This document shows, piece by piece, positions 29,129-39,708 of a DNA stretch of 64,000 nt (position 1 is the first letter of the stretch; every line of letters begins with the position of its first letter). Position numbers and translations under genes: made by a program. Origin of the DNA: an uncultured Puniceicoccaceae bacterium (GTDB lineage: Bacteria; Verrucomicrobiota; Verrucomicrobiia; Opitutales; Oceanipulchritudinaceae); contig CAWVVV010000002.1 in the NCBI GenBank assembly GCA_963933835.1, positions 32,001 to 96,000 on the forward strand, in the 5' to 3' direction. The notes under the pieces are model-generated. The model ran no database searches and had not been told where the DNA came from. It worked only from the letters and a program-made list of their open reading frames with translations.

Positions 29129-30496
29129 ATGCTTAAGGTAACTGACCTCAATCGCCATGGCGGCATCGGCTCAAGCTGCATGTTGATCGAGCTTGGAAAT
29201 TACCGCATTGCGATCGATGCCGGCCTCCACCCCAAAATGACAGGGGTCGAAGCGATGCCGAATTATCGAGCCAGCCACGAAGCGCCGATCGATCTCATCA
29301 TCCTTACCCATTGTCACCTCGACCACGTCGGCAGCCTTCCCGTTCTTATGCGAGAGCACCCGAAGGCCCTGCTTCTCCTCAGCAAGCCTTCCGAAAAGCT
29401 CGCCCCGCGTATGCTGAGAAATTCCTACAACGTGATGAATCGACAGCGTGAGGAGAAAGGGATCAAAGACTACCCGCTCTTCACCCGAGGCGAAATCAAC
29501 CAGATGAAGCACCGCACGTTTAGCCTAGAGTTCAGTCAGCCAAGGTTCTTCAGTGGTCAAAAAGGAGAGCGGTTGGCAGTAACCTTACAGCCCGCAGGAC
29601 ATGTCCCCGGCGCCGCTTCCGTCACACTCGAATACGGTCATCGGCGTGTATTTATTTCTGGTGACGTTCTATTTGAGAACCAACGTATTCTCGGTGGCGC
29701 GCAACTCCCGCGCGATCCCGTTGACACCCTCATTCTTGAAACAACACGGGGTGGCAAGCCACGCCCCGAGGGTCAAAACCGCTCGACCGAGATCAAGCGG
29801 CTGATCGCAGTCATGCGTAAGACTCTCGATCAAGGCGGATCCGTCCTCATCCCCGTCTTTGCCTTTGGTCGGATGCAAGAGCTCCTCTCCGTCCTCCACG
29901 ACGCCGTTAAGCGCGGCGAGCTTCCTCGGTGCCCGTTTTTCATGAGCGGCCTCGGCATCGATCTCTGCGACTATTTCGACGAAATCTCCCGCACACATAA
30001 GCAACTACACTTTAACCGCGACATCATCAAAAGTCTCGGCGCAGAAAAGGTTCCAGACAACCTTCGCCCCGGCCGTTCACCACGCAAAGCAGGTATTTAC
30101 CTCCTTTCGAGCGGAATGGTCATGCCCCATACAGCCAGCTATACCGCTGCCGCTGCTCTCATCGGTGATGGACGCAATGCGATCTGCTTCGTCGGCTACT
30201 GTGATCCAGAAGCGCCCGGTGGAGATATTCTAGCCGCGAAAAACGGCGACGATGTTCTCTTCGAAGACATCGATTTTAAAAAGACGCTTCGGGCTGGGGT
30301 CCATCAATTCGACCTTAGCTCCCACGCTGACCGCGAGGAGCTCCTTGAATTCGCTGTATCCGTAAAACCAAACAACATCATCCTCACTCATGGTGACGAT
30401 GATGCCCGCGAGTGGTTCCGCCAAGAACTGGCCGAAGCCCTTCCCAAGGCACGCATCGTCAATCCAGGCTCCTGCCAACCGGTGATTTTCGACTAG
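29129..30496 (+). CDS. MBL-fold beta-CASP ribonuclease
   Basis: THCHLDHVG, AGHVPG, SGD, IPVFAFGRMQE, SSHAD, THG. Confidence 0.9.
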   Translation: MLKVTDLNRHGGIGSSCMLIELGNYRIAIDAGLHPKMTGVEAMPNYRASHEAPIDLIILTHCHLDHVGSLPVLMREHPKALLLLSKPSEKLAPRMLRNSYNVMNRQREEKGIKDYPLFTRGEINQMKHRTFSLEFSQPRFFSGQKGERLAVTLQPAGHVPGAASVTLEYGHRRVFISGDVLFENQRILGGAQLPRDPVDTLILETTRGGKPRPEGQNRSTEIKRLIAVMRKTLDQGGSVLIPVFAFGRMQELLSVLHDAVKRGELPRCPFFMSGLGIDLCDYFDEISRTHKQLHFNRDIIKSLGAEKVPDNLRPGRSPRKAGIYLLSSGMVMPHTASYTAAAALIGDGRNAICFVGYCDPEAPGGDILAAKNGDDVLFEDIDFKKTLRAGVHQFDLSSHADREELLEFAVSVKPNNIILTHGDDDAREWFRQELAEALPKARIVNPGSCQPVIFD

Positions 30497-31683
30497 TCGG
30501 AGAAGACAAACCCGAGCGACTGTGCCTGCTCTCGCAGCGCTCCGATCAACGCATCATCGAGGGCTTGGCCTGTCTCAGCTGCACCTCGCCGGGTTTCAGC
30601 AATGAACGCCGTCCTCTTCAAGGAGAGCTCTTGAATCTCAGCGGCGGACTTCTTCCGCTCTTCAGCCAAAAGTTCTAGTTGTTCCTTCCGTTTCTCACCG
30701 CTCAATTTCAGCAACTCATCAGGCAGATCCTTGTCCTCTAGCTCATCGAGATCAACGCTGCCATTTTCATGCGCAGAAACGAGATCCCAGGAAGCGGCCT
30801 CATAGTTTGCACTCGCTTTAACATTCGCTCGACTCAACCCAGCAGAAAAGCTCAATTCCTCATTGAATGAATCCTGCTCAGCTTGTCTCCTAAGTGCCTT
30901 CTTCCCCTTTTGACCGTATCCAAGATACGTTCCATCCAAGGTTTTGTTCAGTCGAAAGATGGCGTCATCAAAAGGCGTATCGATTTCCTCAATCACCTCG
31001 TTCTGATCAATCGCGGCGTAGTAGCCTTTTCCAAGTTTGGCACCATCTGCCCAGAGCGTATTTCGACCCGCGTTCTTATCTCCGCAAAAAAGCGTATTCA
31101 CTCGAATATCGAGCCCTTGAGCTCGAGTGATACTCTCTACATAAGGCTCTGTTCCTTGATTAAAAGGCTCGTTTCCTGCGATCACTACGACTCTCAAAGC
31201 AGGGCCATCCCTTGTCTGCCCCCAGTCCAGACGTTGCACTGCCTCACTAATCACCGCTCCGCAGAATTCCGAGCCCCCGTTCGTTGACAGACCAAACAGT
31301 TGCTCCGAAACAATGTCTAAATCTGTCGTAAATGGGCAACGCAATTCAACAAAGTCTGTCTTCTTTGAAAGCCGATCATTCCCGTAATGAAACAACGCAA
31401 CTTGAAGCTGAGGCAACTGGCCATCCACCCGCGCTTTCCCCATTTCATTAACAATATTCCATATGCGCGAACGTGCCTGATTGATCAGACCGTCCATGCT
31501 GTTCGACGTATCTAGAAGTAGCGCTAGCTTAATCACGGGGCCATCGGTCACCTCCGGCTCTGGCGAATCAAGTGCAGGCGCCAGATCAGTTGGTTCTCTC
31601 TCCTGCTCGGTTTGCGCAGGGAGATGAAGAAAGCCCAAAGAGAGCAACAGTGCGCTCAGGAGTATACGTTGATATGATGGCAT
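30493..31683 (-). CDS. Secreted von Willebrand factor A domain protein
   Basis: Signal peptide; MIDAS LLDTSNSM; TNGGSEFCG, IAGNEPF. Confidence 0.85.
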   Translation of the reverse strand: MPSYQRILLSALLLSLGFLHLPAQTEQEREPTDLAPALDSPEPEVTDGPVIKLALLLDTSNSMDGLINQARSRIWNIVNEMGKARVDGQLPQLQVALFHYGNDRLSKKTDFVELRCPFTTDLDIVSEQLFGLSTNGGSEFCGAVISEAVQRLDWGQTRDGPALRVVVIAGNEPFNQGTEPYVESITRAQGLDIRVNTLFCGDKNAGRNTLWADGAKLGKGYYAAIDQNEVIEEIDTPFDDAIFRLNKTLDGTYLGYGQKGKKALRRQAEQDSFNEELSFSAGLSRANVKASANYEAASWDLVSAHENGSVDLDELEDKDLPDELLKLSGEKRKEQLELLAEERKKSAAEIQELSLKRTAFIAETRRGAAETGQALDDALIGALREQAQSLGFVFSD

Positions 31684-31809
31684 CGTAATAGATTTTTAGA
31701 GACGTTCATTCGGCTCTATTCTCTACAACGCGGGAACGACCGAAATATTCGTAAAAAGCCAAAAAACTTTGATTTCCTATCTGCAGACCCCGCAAAATCG
31801 TGGTTTTTC

Positions 31810-32604
31810 CTAAGCTAGGAGCTCTTCGGTAAAGCGACTAAAACCATCACTCCCCGCAAAATAGGGCAAGAGGGGCGAATTAACATGGAACTCAGACATC
31901 GGGAATGGATTGTCGTCGATAAAGTGTACTGTCCGGCCTGTCGCTTTTATCAGCGCACACGCCGCCGCAATGTCCCAGACCTTGACCTTGTAATCAATCG
32001 CACCATCGAGAAGTCCCAGCGCGGCGTAGACCATAATCAAGGTGCCACTTCCCATGCTACGAACGCGATACTTGGAGAGCATAGGAGATAGCTTCTCAAG
32101 CACATCAGGCTTGAGAGGAAAATGAATCCCAACAACCCCCTCCTTCTCTGTGAATTCCCTCTCCTTCGGCTGATAGCGGCGCTGATTGATTAAAACGCCT
32201 TCACCCTCCCCGCCTTCGATCAAGCGATCGCCTCCGAAGTCATAGACAAAACCATAGATGGGCTCACCATTTTTTATAATCGCAAGGGAGATCGCACAGG
32301 CCGGAATGCCGAGTGCAAAATTATTCGTTCCATCAATTGGATCAATGACCCAAGCGTATTTACTTTTTAAGGACAGAACTTCATCCGCGGGATTAGATTC
32401 TTCAGAGCAGAAGTCGTCTTTTGCGAAATAGCGCCGGAGCTCGGCAGAGACATTTTCGGATATCGCAAAGTCGGCAAACGTCACGCGGGTGTCATCGACT
32501 TTCCACTCACTCGCTACCTGACCGAACTGCTCACGGAAAAATGCGACCTGATTCTTTACAGCGATACGGGCCGCATTAACGCGGTGTTTCAAAGCGGTAT
32601 CCAT
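31810..32604 (-). CDS. Inositol monophosphatase family protein
   Basis: WVIDPIDGTNNF and VWDIAA motifs. Confidence 0.9.
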   Translation of the reverse strand: MDTALKHRVNAARIAVKNQVAFFREQFGQVASEWKVDDTRVTFADFAISENVSAELRRYFAKDDFCSEESNPADEVLSLKSKYAWVIDPIDGTNNFALGIPACAISLAIIKNGEPIYGFVYDFGGDRLIEGGEGEGVLINQRRYQPKEREFTEKEGVVGIHFPLKPDVLEKLSPMLSKYRVRSMGSGTLIMVYAALGLLDGAIDYKVKVWDIAAACALIKATGRTVHFIDDNPFPMSEFHVNSPLLPYFAGSDGFSRFTEELLA

Positions 32605-32609
32605 CTATT

Positions 32610-33776
32610 CTAGCGACGAAATTTACCCGGGCGTCGAAAGACTGAACGTTGCTTTCTTTCGGGCGTTTTGCGCTTAGCTTTGGGCGCCTCAACGACAGGC
32701 TCGATGTCGATAACAATAGGCTCAGGCTCGGCAACCGCTTCAACCGTTTCGCTCTCAATTTGAGGCGCTGGCGCTGAAGTATTCAACTGGTCTTCAATTT
32801 CGACTAACTGTGCCGCTAGGCTGCTGTAGTCTGCTTCAGCCGAAGCCAACGCCTCGCCCAAGGCTTGATTCTCGTCCTTCCACGACAGCTCCTTCTCTTC
32901 CCAAAGCGCGAGATCCGCCTCAAGCGTCGCAACCTCTTCCACGAGCTCCGGAGCAGCTTTGGGCTTATCCAGTTTCAGTAGATCGTATTTATCCTGCAAA
33001 ATGCGCCGCTCCTCGACAATCACATCGACGATCTGTTGCAGCCCTTCAATCCTTGTTCGAGCTCGATCAAGCTCCGCCCCAAGAGTCACGTTCGCGGAAA
33101 GCTGTGATTCGAGCTGATTACCCAGCCGCACGACCGCATTTTCAAGCTGCGCAATCTGCTCACTAGGACTTAAAGGTGCGCCAGCTTCGCCAGCGGCCTC
33201 GACCATCCCTTCGGCTAAGACAGAACGAGAACCCTCTGTATTCCAAAATGTGATACGCCACCACCCCGTCCGAAATTCATTCGGTGGGGCCTGCAAATCC
33301 GTAGAGGCAAGCATCTTGCCCTCTTCACCGTAAAACCAAAGTTGAAGCCAGCGCGCGGTCCAACCTTCTTCGCCAATGGATTCTCCTTTGAGTGGAAGTA
33401 AAATTGAGTAGAGATCCTGTTCAAACTCGAGGTCACCGCCCGCTCGTGTCAGCTCTATCGAGCGGTCGCCCAAACCCGTCGCTGCATCATAGACGAGCAC
33501 ATAGTTCAAATCGATCGACACCTCGACATCATCAACAACATCAAAGTAGCGGGCGCGTGAAGCCGCTTCATCGAGATCGACCGCATCAGCATCAATCGCG
33601 ACGCTATAGATGGCGGAAAAGACCATGCCCTCCCGCAGCGTAGGCGCGAGTTCAGCATCAATTTTCGTTAGCTTACCTTCGACCGCATAATCGACCCACG
33701 ACCCTTCCAAAGCGTCCTGCGCGCTCAAGCCCAGAGCGCAGACGAATAAGACCAGGACTGCTCGCAATTTACACAT
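32610..33776 (-). CDS. Hypothetical secreted protein with coiled coil and basic tail
   Basis: Signal peptide, long heptad region, K/R-rich C-terminus; fills the gap in the operon. Confidence 0.7.
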   Translation of the reverse strand: MCKLRAVLVLFVCALGLSAQDALEGSWVDYAVEGKLTKIDAELAPTLREGMVFSAIYSVAIDADAVDLDEAASRARYFDVVDDVEVSIDLNYVLVYDAATGLGDRSIELTRAGGDLEFEQDLYSILLPLKGESIGEEGWTARWLQLWFYGEEGKMLASTDLQAPPNEFRTGWWRITFWNTEGSRSVLAEGMVEAAGEAGAPLSPSEQIAQLENAVVRLGNQLESQLSANVTLGAELDRARTRIEGLQQIVDVIVEERRILQDKYDLLKLDKPKAAPELVEEVATLEADLALWEEKELSWKDENQALGEALASAEADYSSLAAQLVEIEDQLNTSAPAPQIESETVEAVAEPEPIVIDIEPVVEAPKAKRKTPERKQRSVFRRPGKFRR

Positions 33777-33791
33777 CTTAGAAGAAACAGG

Positions 33792-34670
33792 CTACTCAGC
33801 GTTTTGGATCTGCTCGCGGATGCGCTCGATCTCGTTTTTCGCTTCAATCACCTGTTTAGTGATCTCAAGGTTATTTGATTTGGATCCGATGGTGTTAAAT
33901 TCCCGAAGAATTTCCTGCAGAATGAATTCCAACTTACGCCCGATAGGCGTCGTTTCATCCTTTTTAATCGTATCCATAAACTGGGACAGATGGCTTTCGA
34001 GACGTGTTTGCTCTTCTGCCACATCACAGCGATCGGCAAATATCGCGATTTCTTTCAAGACGCGCTCGTCACTCAAGTCGATCTCAAGTTCGGTCATACG
34101 CAAGCGAGCCATGAGCTGCTCGCGATAATCCTCAACCCGACGCGGCGCGACTTCGACAATCTTCTTAAGAAGCGACTGCAAGATATCGAGGCGCTGACAC
34201 AGATCGTCAGCAAGCGATTGCCCTTCAGTTGCACGCATTGCGACAAAGCCTCCCAGTGCTTCAGCAAGAGCTTCCTCAATGACTGGTGCTGCTGACTCAG
34301 GGTCGGCGATCGAACTATTCCCCTGTAATGCCAAAATCATCCGCAGGAGGACATCAGCCTGTGGCGGCCATGAGGAGCCTACTTCATCGGCCAATGCACC
34401 AAAACGGCTGAGTGACGCACGCACTTCAGCCTCGTTCCAGGTCAACCCTTTCGATTCACCCGCCGCTTGAACATTTAGCGAGGTGTGAACGCGGCCGCGC
34501 TGGGCTGCTTTCTTCACCGCCTCCACCATTGCAGGTTCGAGCGACGACCACTCTTTCGGGATAGAAAAGGTTGTCTCGAGGTTACGCCGGTTGACCGACT
34601 GTACCTCGACGGTTACGGAATAGCCATCTCCAGAGGCGGTGCCTCGGCCAAAACCAGTCATTGATATCAT
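33792..34670 (-). CDS. yicC: YicC-family endoribonuclease
   Basis: SMTGFG, SVNRRNLE, GRKLEFILQEILREFNTIGSK, REQIQN. Confidence 0.93.
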   Translation of the reverse strand: MISMTGFGRGTASGDGYSVTVEVQSVNRRNLETTFSIPKEWSSLEPAMVEAVKKAAQRGRVHTSLNVQAAGESKGLTWNEAEVRASLSRFGALADEVGSSWPPQADVLLRMILALQGNSSIADPESAAPVIEEALAEALGGFVAMRATEGQSLADDLCQRLDILQSLLKKIVEVAPRRVEDYREQLMARLRMTELEIDLSDERVLKEIAIFADRCDVAEEQTRLESHLSQFMDTIKKDETTPIGRKLEFILQEILREFNTIGSKSNNLEITKQVIEAKNEIERIREQIQNAE

Positions 34671-34715
34671 CGTAAAGTGGTACCGCTTGAGAGAGTGTTC
34701 GGGCGAGCGTAAAAA

Positions 34716-35498
34716 CTATCGACTTGAACGATGTTCAGTAGGCGGGAGAACGTTAACGAAGCTTTCCGGAAGCGGGTCCTCCACTTTAAATACTCCTTCG
34801 GGGGCTCCCTCGAGTGGAAACTGCAGTTGAGCGGCATGCAGAAAGAGTCTCTTTTTTCCACTTTCCCGAGCGTAGCGGCGATTGGATGCAAAGTCGCCAT
34901 ACGTGGCATCTCCCAAGATGGGAACCCGGCGCTGAGAGCATTGAATTCGGAGCTGATGCGTACGCCCCGTTTCCGGCTTGAGCTCAAGGAGACTCAATAC
35001 TGGAGGTTTAACCGAAAAACGGAGGGAACGCATTGCAGCCACTGCCGTTGCACCACCCCCTCGTTCAGTCCGAACACGTTCCCCTCGGGTATGATCTGTC
35101 TTTAATCGATCTCTCCAGATATCTTCACGCGTTTTCGTTTTTCCAATTACAATTGCGTAGTAAGTTTTCTTTACCTTTCGCTCGGCAAAAAGTTGCCGAA
35201 GCTCAGCAGCCTGAACCTCCGAGCTGGTCAAAAGGATGACCCCCGAAGTCGGAGCATCAAGGCGATGGAGAAGATGCCAAACAATGCCCTCTCCTTCAAA
35301 GAATTGCATCTTATGATTGTAGGGCAGCTTGAGCAGTGCCTTCGGGTCTACCTTTTCGTCATTCGGGTGCGATCGCACGCCGGATGGCTTGGCTAAAGCG
35401 AGAAGGCCCGATGGATGCGACTTCAGCACCCTGACGCCGCGACCGAGCGGCAGTTGATTACCACTGTTCACGTTTTGGATAAATAAAGGTGAAGACAT
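34716..35498 (-). CDS. RluA-family RNA pseudouridine synthase
   Basis: KPSG, HRLDAPTSG, TGRTHQLR, PILGDATYG, LFLHA; start uncertain (ATG 35498 or GTG 35471). Confidence 0.9.
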   Translation of the reverse strand: MSSPLFIQNVNSGNQLPLGRGVRVLKSHPSGLLALAKPSGVRSHPNDEKVDPKALLKLPYNHKMQFFEGEGIVWHLLHRLDAPTSGVILLTSSEVQAAELRQLFAERKVKKTYYAIVIGKTKTREDIWRDRLKTDHTRGERVRTERGGGATAVAAMRSLRFSVKPPVLSLLELKPETGRTHQLRIQCSQRRVPILGDATYGDFASNRRYARESGKKRLFLHAAQLQFPLEGAPEGVFKVEDPLPESFVNVLPPTEHRSSR

Positions 35499-36624
35499 AT
35501 TCGGTTTGATCCCCCATCTGCGCAATCATCTCGGGAGTCCACTTGAAGTAAGGGGCCGTTCCCTGAATCGAATCTGTCGCGAGGAACTCCTCAAAGCGAC
35601 TCACGCCAGAGTGCAGGATATTTAACTCCACCAGGGTCCCGTCTCGGTGGATAATAATCTCAAAAGTGATACGCTCGCCGGTGTAGGAGAGGGAACGATT
35701 CGCGTTTGCCAAGAGCGTGTTCCACTTCTGCTCGATCACCTCACGCACGCGCTCCCAATAAACGCTGAACTCGCTGTATCGAGCTTTCCATGAGGTGCGA
35801 CCGATGCGTTGGACACCGAGCTCAGACTGTCGCAGCGGGCTGTGTGCATTATCCAGAGCGAGGCGAGGCGTTTCGCGGCGTTCCTGTGCGTTGGACGGCT
35901 GGCTCTGTGGGCGCGGTGGAGAGAATTCAAAGGACTGACCGGTACCGTCGAGATCGCTTGTTATCTCCGTCGGCTGGAGGTCTTCGACCGGCTCAGTCTC
36001 CTCGACGAGCTCGATATTCTCGTCTGGATTTTCGCGGGCGAAGAGGCCTTCGGCTGCCTCCGGCTCTAAATCCAATGCCTCCGGCGGTGGCACCTCTTGC
36101 AAGTTCGCTGGTGCCGGCATCTGTGGTTGCGCAGGTTCTAGGGCGGGGCTTTGCGGTGAGGGCGGCGGTGCGACTGGCTCTGAAGACTGGAACGGGTTGC
36201 CCTGCACGAGTTGAATCGCGTTCGGCATATCACCGGCCATCGCGGGCGATTCATCTGCCGAGAGGGCGGTGACCCCTTCCTGTGCAGCGATTTGATCGCG
36301 GTCGGCAATGTTCAGAGTCTCGGGCGGAATACCGTCGATACCATCTGGCGCAGCGCGCACATAGCTCTCTTCCGGGTTTTCTTCCAATCGAGGCAACAAC
36401 TGCAGAGTCAATGTTTCAGCCGGAGGAACCCCGACCGACTTGACCTTGGGTAGACTGAGGGGAAGCACCGCCTGAGAAAGAAAACCTACAAAAACGATTG
36501 CGACGGCGGCGAGAATGGAGGCATCCCGATCCATCGGCTCGTCACGCAAAAGTTCCATCGCCGAGCCTGCTCTACTGGGATCAGCAGGGAAAGATTGGGG
36601 TTGGGATGGGGGCGAAGCGGACAT
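35458..36624 (-). CDS. Membrane-anchored Pro/Glu-rich protein with TonB/TolA-like C-terminal domain
   Basis: Single TM, Pro/Glu linker, C-terminal YWERVREVIEQKW...FEIIIHRDG...APY. Confidence 0.65.
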   Translation of the reverse strand: MSASPPSQPQSFPADPSRAGSAMELLRDEPMDRDASILAAVAIVFVGFLSQAVLPLSLPKVKSVGVPPAETLTLQLLPRLEENPEESYVRAAPDGIDGIPPETLNIADRDQIAAQEGVTALSADESPAMAGDMPNAIQLVQGNPFQSSEPVAPPPSPQSPALEPAQPQMPAPANLQEVPPPEALDLEPEAAEGLFARENPDENIELVEETEPVEDLQPTEITSDLDGTGQSFEFSPPRPQSQPSNAQERRETPRLALDNAHSPLRQSELGVQRIGRTSWKARYSEFSVYWERVREVIEQKWNTLLANANRSLSYTGERITFEIIIHRDGTLVELNILHSGVSRFEEFLATDSIQGTAPYFKWTPEMIAQMGDQTEYVFTFIYPKREQW

Positions 36625-36635
36625 GAGGGCGGCAG

Positions 36636-37262
36636 CTAAATTGCCTTGTGACGTGTAAGGCGCTTCGCCCAGCCGAGGCGTTCAAAAGTCGCGGCGAGGC
36701 ATTCGGTCGGCAGCCCCATAATATTGTCCACTGAGCCCTCCCAGTGATCGAGGATTAGGTCCCGCCCGGCCTCATGCTGGATACCATAAGCGCCAGCCTT
36801 ATCGAGCGGATCGACGATTTCGAAATAACGCTCGGCCACCGCAGCATCGAAAGCCTTGAAAACAACCCGACTCGTCTCGACGAAGTTCTCCTCTACACCC
36901 TGCTCACGCCATTGCAGCGAAACCGCCGTGTGCACGACGTGGGTCTGCCCCGCGAGCCGTAGAAGCATCGAGCAGGCCTCGGCCAAATCGGCCGGCTTAT
37001 GGAGCAACTCATCCCCCAGCGCCACAACTGTATCCGATCCGAGGACAGGTTGGGCAGGCCGCCGCTCCGCTGCCCAGCCAGCCTTCAGGCGAGCATTGTG
37101 CAAGACGACTTCGGTCGGACCCTCGTCAGTCGCGTTCCATTCATCGACATCAGCGGGTAATAGATCAGCGGCATAACCCATCTCCGTAATGAGATCGCGC
37201 CGCCGCGGGGAACCTGAAGCAAGGACAAGACGCACTTGCGAAACCGTTATAGGTCCACTCAT
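36636..37262 (-). CDS. maf: Maf-family nucleotide pyrophosphatase
   Basis: LASGSPRR, GSDTVV, KP, DKAGAYGIQ, IMGLP. Confidence 0.93.
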   Translation of the reverse strand: MSGPITVSQVRLVLASGSPRRRDLITEMGYAADLLPADVDEWNATDEGPTEVVLHNARLKAGWAAERRPAQPVLGSDTVVALGDELLHKPADLAEACSMLLRLAGQTHVVHTAVSLQWREQGVEENFVETSRVVFKAFDAAVAERYFEIVDPLDKAGAYGIQHEAGRDLILDHWEGSVDNIMGLPTECLAATFERLGWAKRLTRHKAI

Positions 37263-38560
37263 CGAACCAACGAAAGAACATCACCCTCAGCGCGAGCGAG
37301 CGCGAGGCGAGTGAGCTGATATTGATACTCGGCCGCAACGAGACCATCTTCGGCGGTGGCCAAACTGGCCTGTGCTTCGACAACTTCGCTGTTGTTTGCG
37401 ACACCCTCTTCAAAGCGATTTTGGGCAAGCTCGAGTTCTAGCTCAGCGAGAGTTACCTGCCGACGGGCTAGCGCTATGCTTTTTACGGCCGTGGCGACTT
37501 GATTGATCGCGACGCGATATTCTGCCTCAATTTGCTTCTCGATCGAAGCAAGCGCGATCGTCTGGCCTCGGACCGCACTCGCCGCTTCAGCTTGATTCGC
37601 ATCGAGGCGGAAACCTTCGAAGATCGGCACCGAGACGGTCACGCCAACAGACCAGATTTCTTCAAAGGGGTCGTCGAAAACATCTGCCGCTCGGCCATAG
37701 GCGCCACTCAGCTCTACACTAGGTAACCACTGGTAATCGGCCGCCTTCTTGGCTAAGCGGTTACGCTCGAGGCGGCGCGTTTCTGTAACCACTTCTGGGC
37801 GACTCTGGAGCACGCGCTCAAAACGACCGTAGTCAAAATCGAGCAGAGCGCTCATATCCAAATCCACCGCAGCAAGTTCTAAGGGCCGGTCAAAATCCAA
37901 ATCGAGGGCACGCTTGAAGTTTGTTTCAGACTGGAAGATTTGAGTTTCGAGCTGGATCAAGCTGAGTTCACTAGCAGCTAGCCTGACCTCGGCGCGGGTG
38001 GCATCGAGCTGAGTTGCTGAACCTGCTTCGAGGCGGCGGGAAGCGATATCAAAGAGTGTCTGGTCGCGTTCGATCTGAGAGCGTATGGCAGCCGCCTGAC
38101 GCAAGTTGCGCTGGTGGTCGAAAAAAAGTTGTGCGATCGCCTGGCGGATGTCTTCGGCGGTCTGGTCGAGTTCGAGGCGCGCGATCTCGGTGTTAAACTT
38201 CGCCACCCGATAATCTGAATGGGTGTTAAAATCGAAAATTGAAAGCCGCGCACGAAGAAGGGCAGAGAAGCTATTGACGGTGGCTACGCTAGTCCCGCTT
38301 CCGAAATTAAAGTAGTTCTGTGACCTCGTCTGCGACGCATCCGCTGTCACCTGAGGAAGCAAATCCGCCCGCGCGCGACGCTGGGCCTGTACCGAAGTCT
38401 CGATCTGCTCCGCGCTGAGCAAGAGGTCGAAGTTTGCCTTCGGCGCTCGCTGAAGAGCATCCTCAAGGGTGTATCGCTGAACTCCTTGCCCGAAAACAGC
38501 CGGGGCCATGGGCGACAAGTAGAGAACGATAATGGCGGCAGTTCTGAGCTGGGATCTCAT
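37259..38560 (-). CDS. TolC-family outer membrane protein
   Basis: Signal peptide, two OEP repeats (LLPQV, WLPSV, VPIFEG), RFEEG. Confidence 0.88.
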   Translation of the reverse strand: MRSQLRTAAIIVLYLSPMAPAVFGQGVQRYTLEDALQRAPKANFDLLLSAEQIETSVQAQRRARADLLPQVTADASQTRSQNYFNFGSGTSVATVNSFSALLRARLSIFDFNTHSDYRVAKFNTEIARLELDQTAEDIRQAIAQLFFDHQRNLRQAAAIRSQIERDQTLFDIASRRLEAGSATQLDATRAEVRLAASELSLIQLETQIFQSETNFKRALDLDFDRPLELAAVDLDMSALLDFDYGRFERVLQSRPEVVTETRRLERNRLAKKAADYQWLPSVELSGAYGRAADVFDDPFEEIWSVGVTVSVPIFEGFRLDANQAEAASAVRGQTIALASIEKQIEAEYRVAINQVATAVKSIALARRQVTLAELELELAQNRFEEGVANNSEVVEAQASLATAEDGLVAAEYQYQLTRLALARAEGDVLSLVR

Positions 38561-38695
38561 CAATCAAAAATCAAAGAGCGGATAATGTGCTCACCCGCTA
38601 GGGTGAACAAGGCTGAAGGGAGCTCTTTCAATCGCAAGCCTGCGAAGAAATATTTCCCCTTGCGGACCCGTTGGCATGAAAAGAGTTTAGGTGTC

Positions 38696-39679
38696 TTGAA
38701 TCTGACGAACAGTCTTACCTACCGAGCCTACGGAAGCCCTGCAGACGTCCTTCATCTAGAAGAAAATGCGCTCCCGGCTATCGGAGCCACCGAGGTCAAA
38801 CTCCGCATGCTCGCCGCACCGATCAACCCCTCGGACTATGGCATGATCCTAGGAAAATATGGTGAGAACAAAGCGCTCCCAGCCATTGGCGGACGCGAAG
38901 GGGTCGGTGAAGTGATCGAGGTTGGAGACGAAGTTTCAACGCTCACAGTCGGTTCGCGCGTCATTTTTCCTGGCGAAGCTGGAACCTGGCAGACCGCCGC
39001 TGTCGTGCCGGCAGCTGGTCTTCGACAAGTCCCAGCAGATCTCTCGATCGAATTCGCCGCAACGACGATGGTAAACCCGCCAACAGCGTGGCGTATTCTC
39101 CGCGACGCAAACTTACCAAAAGGTTCGTGGGTGATTCAAAACGCGGCCAATTCCGCCGTCGGGCTCAATGTGGTCCAGATGGCACGTCACCTCGAGCTCC
39201 GGACCCTGAATGTTGTTCGCAACGAAAAGTGGATCGGCCCTCTCAAAGAACTCGGTGGCGATGTCGTCGTGACCGAAGAGAGTGGCTTTGTGAAGGATCT
39301 TTCTAGTCTGCTCGGAAACGAGCGGCCTATCCTCGCAATCAACTCCATCGGTGGAGAGAGTGCACTTCGCCAGCTCAAGAGCCTTGGAGCCGGCGGCACT
39401 CAAGTCACGATCGGAGCAATGACCTTTGATGCCATTCGCTTCCCCACCCGGCAGCTCATTTTCAACGACATCACCCTCAAGGGTTTTTGGATGGATCGCT
39501 GGTATCGGGATAATCTCGACACGCGTGTCCAGATCATGTTCGACAGTCTTTTCAACCTGGCAAAAGAGGGCATCATCGACACACACGTCGCAGCCAAGTA
39601 TCCACTTTCAGACTACAAAATAGCTCTCGAGGAAAATGACGAAACACGCCTCGGAAAAGTGCTTTTCGTCGGCAGCTAG
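38696..39679 (+). CDS. MDR-family trans-2-enoyl-thioester reductase (MECR/Etr1-like)
   Basis: LAAPINPSD, EGVGEV, VNPPTAW, QNAANSAVG, LIFNDITLKGFW; start uncertain. Confidence 0.85.
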   Translation: MNLTNSLTYRAYGSPADVLHLEENALPAIGATEVKLRMLAAPINPSDYGMILGKYGENKALPAIGGREGVGEVIEVGDEVSTLTVGSRVIFPGEAGTWQTAAVVPAAGLRQVPADLSIEFAATTMVNPPTAWRILRDANLPKGSWVIQNAANSAVGLNVVQMARHLELRTLNVVRNEKWIGPLKELGGDVVVTEESGFVKDLSSLLGNERPILAINSIGGESALRQLKSLGAGGTQVTIGAMTFDAIRFPTRQLIFNDITLKGFWMDRWYRDNLDTRVQIMFDSLFNLAKEGIIDTHVAAKYPLSDYKIALEENDETRLGKVLFVGS

Positions 39680-39708
39680 TCTCCATCAGGCACGAAGGTT
39701 AAGCCCGA

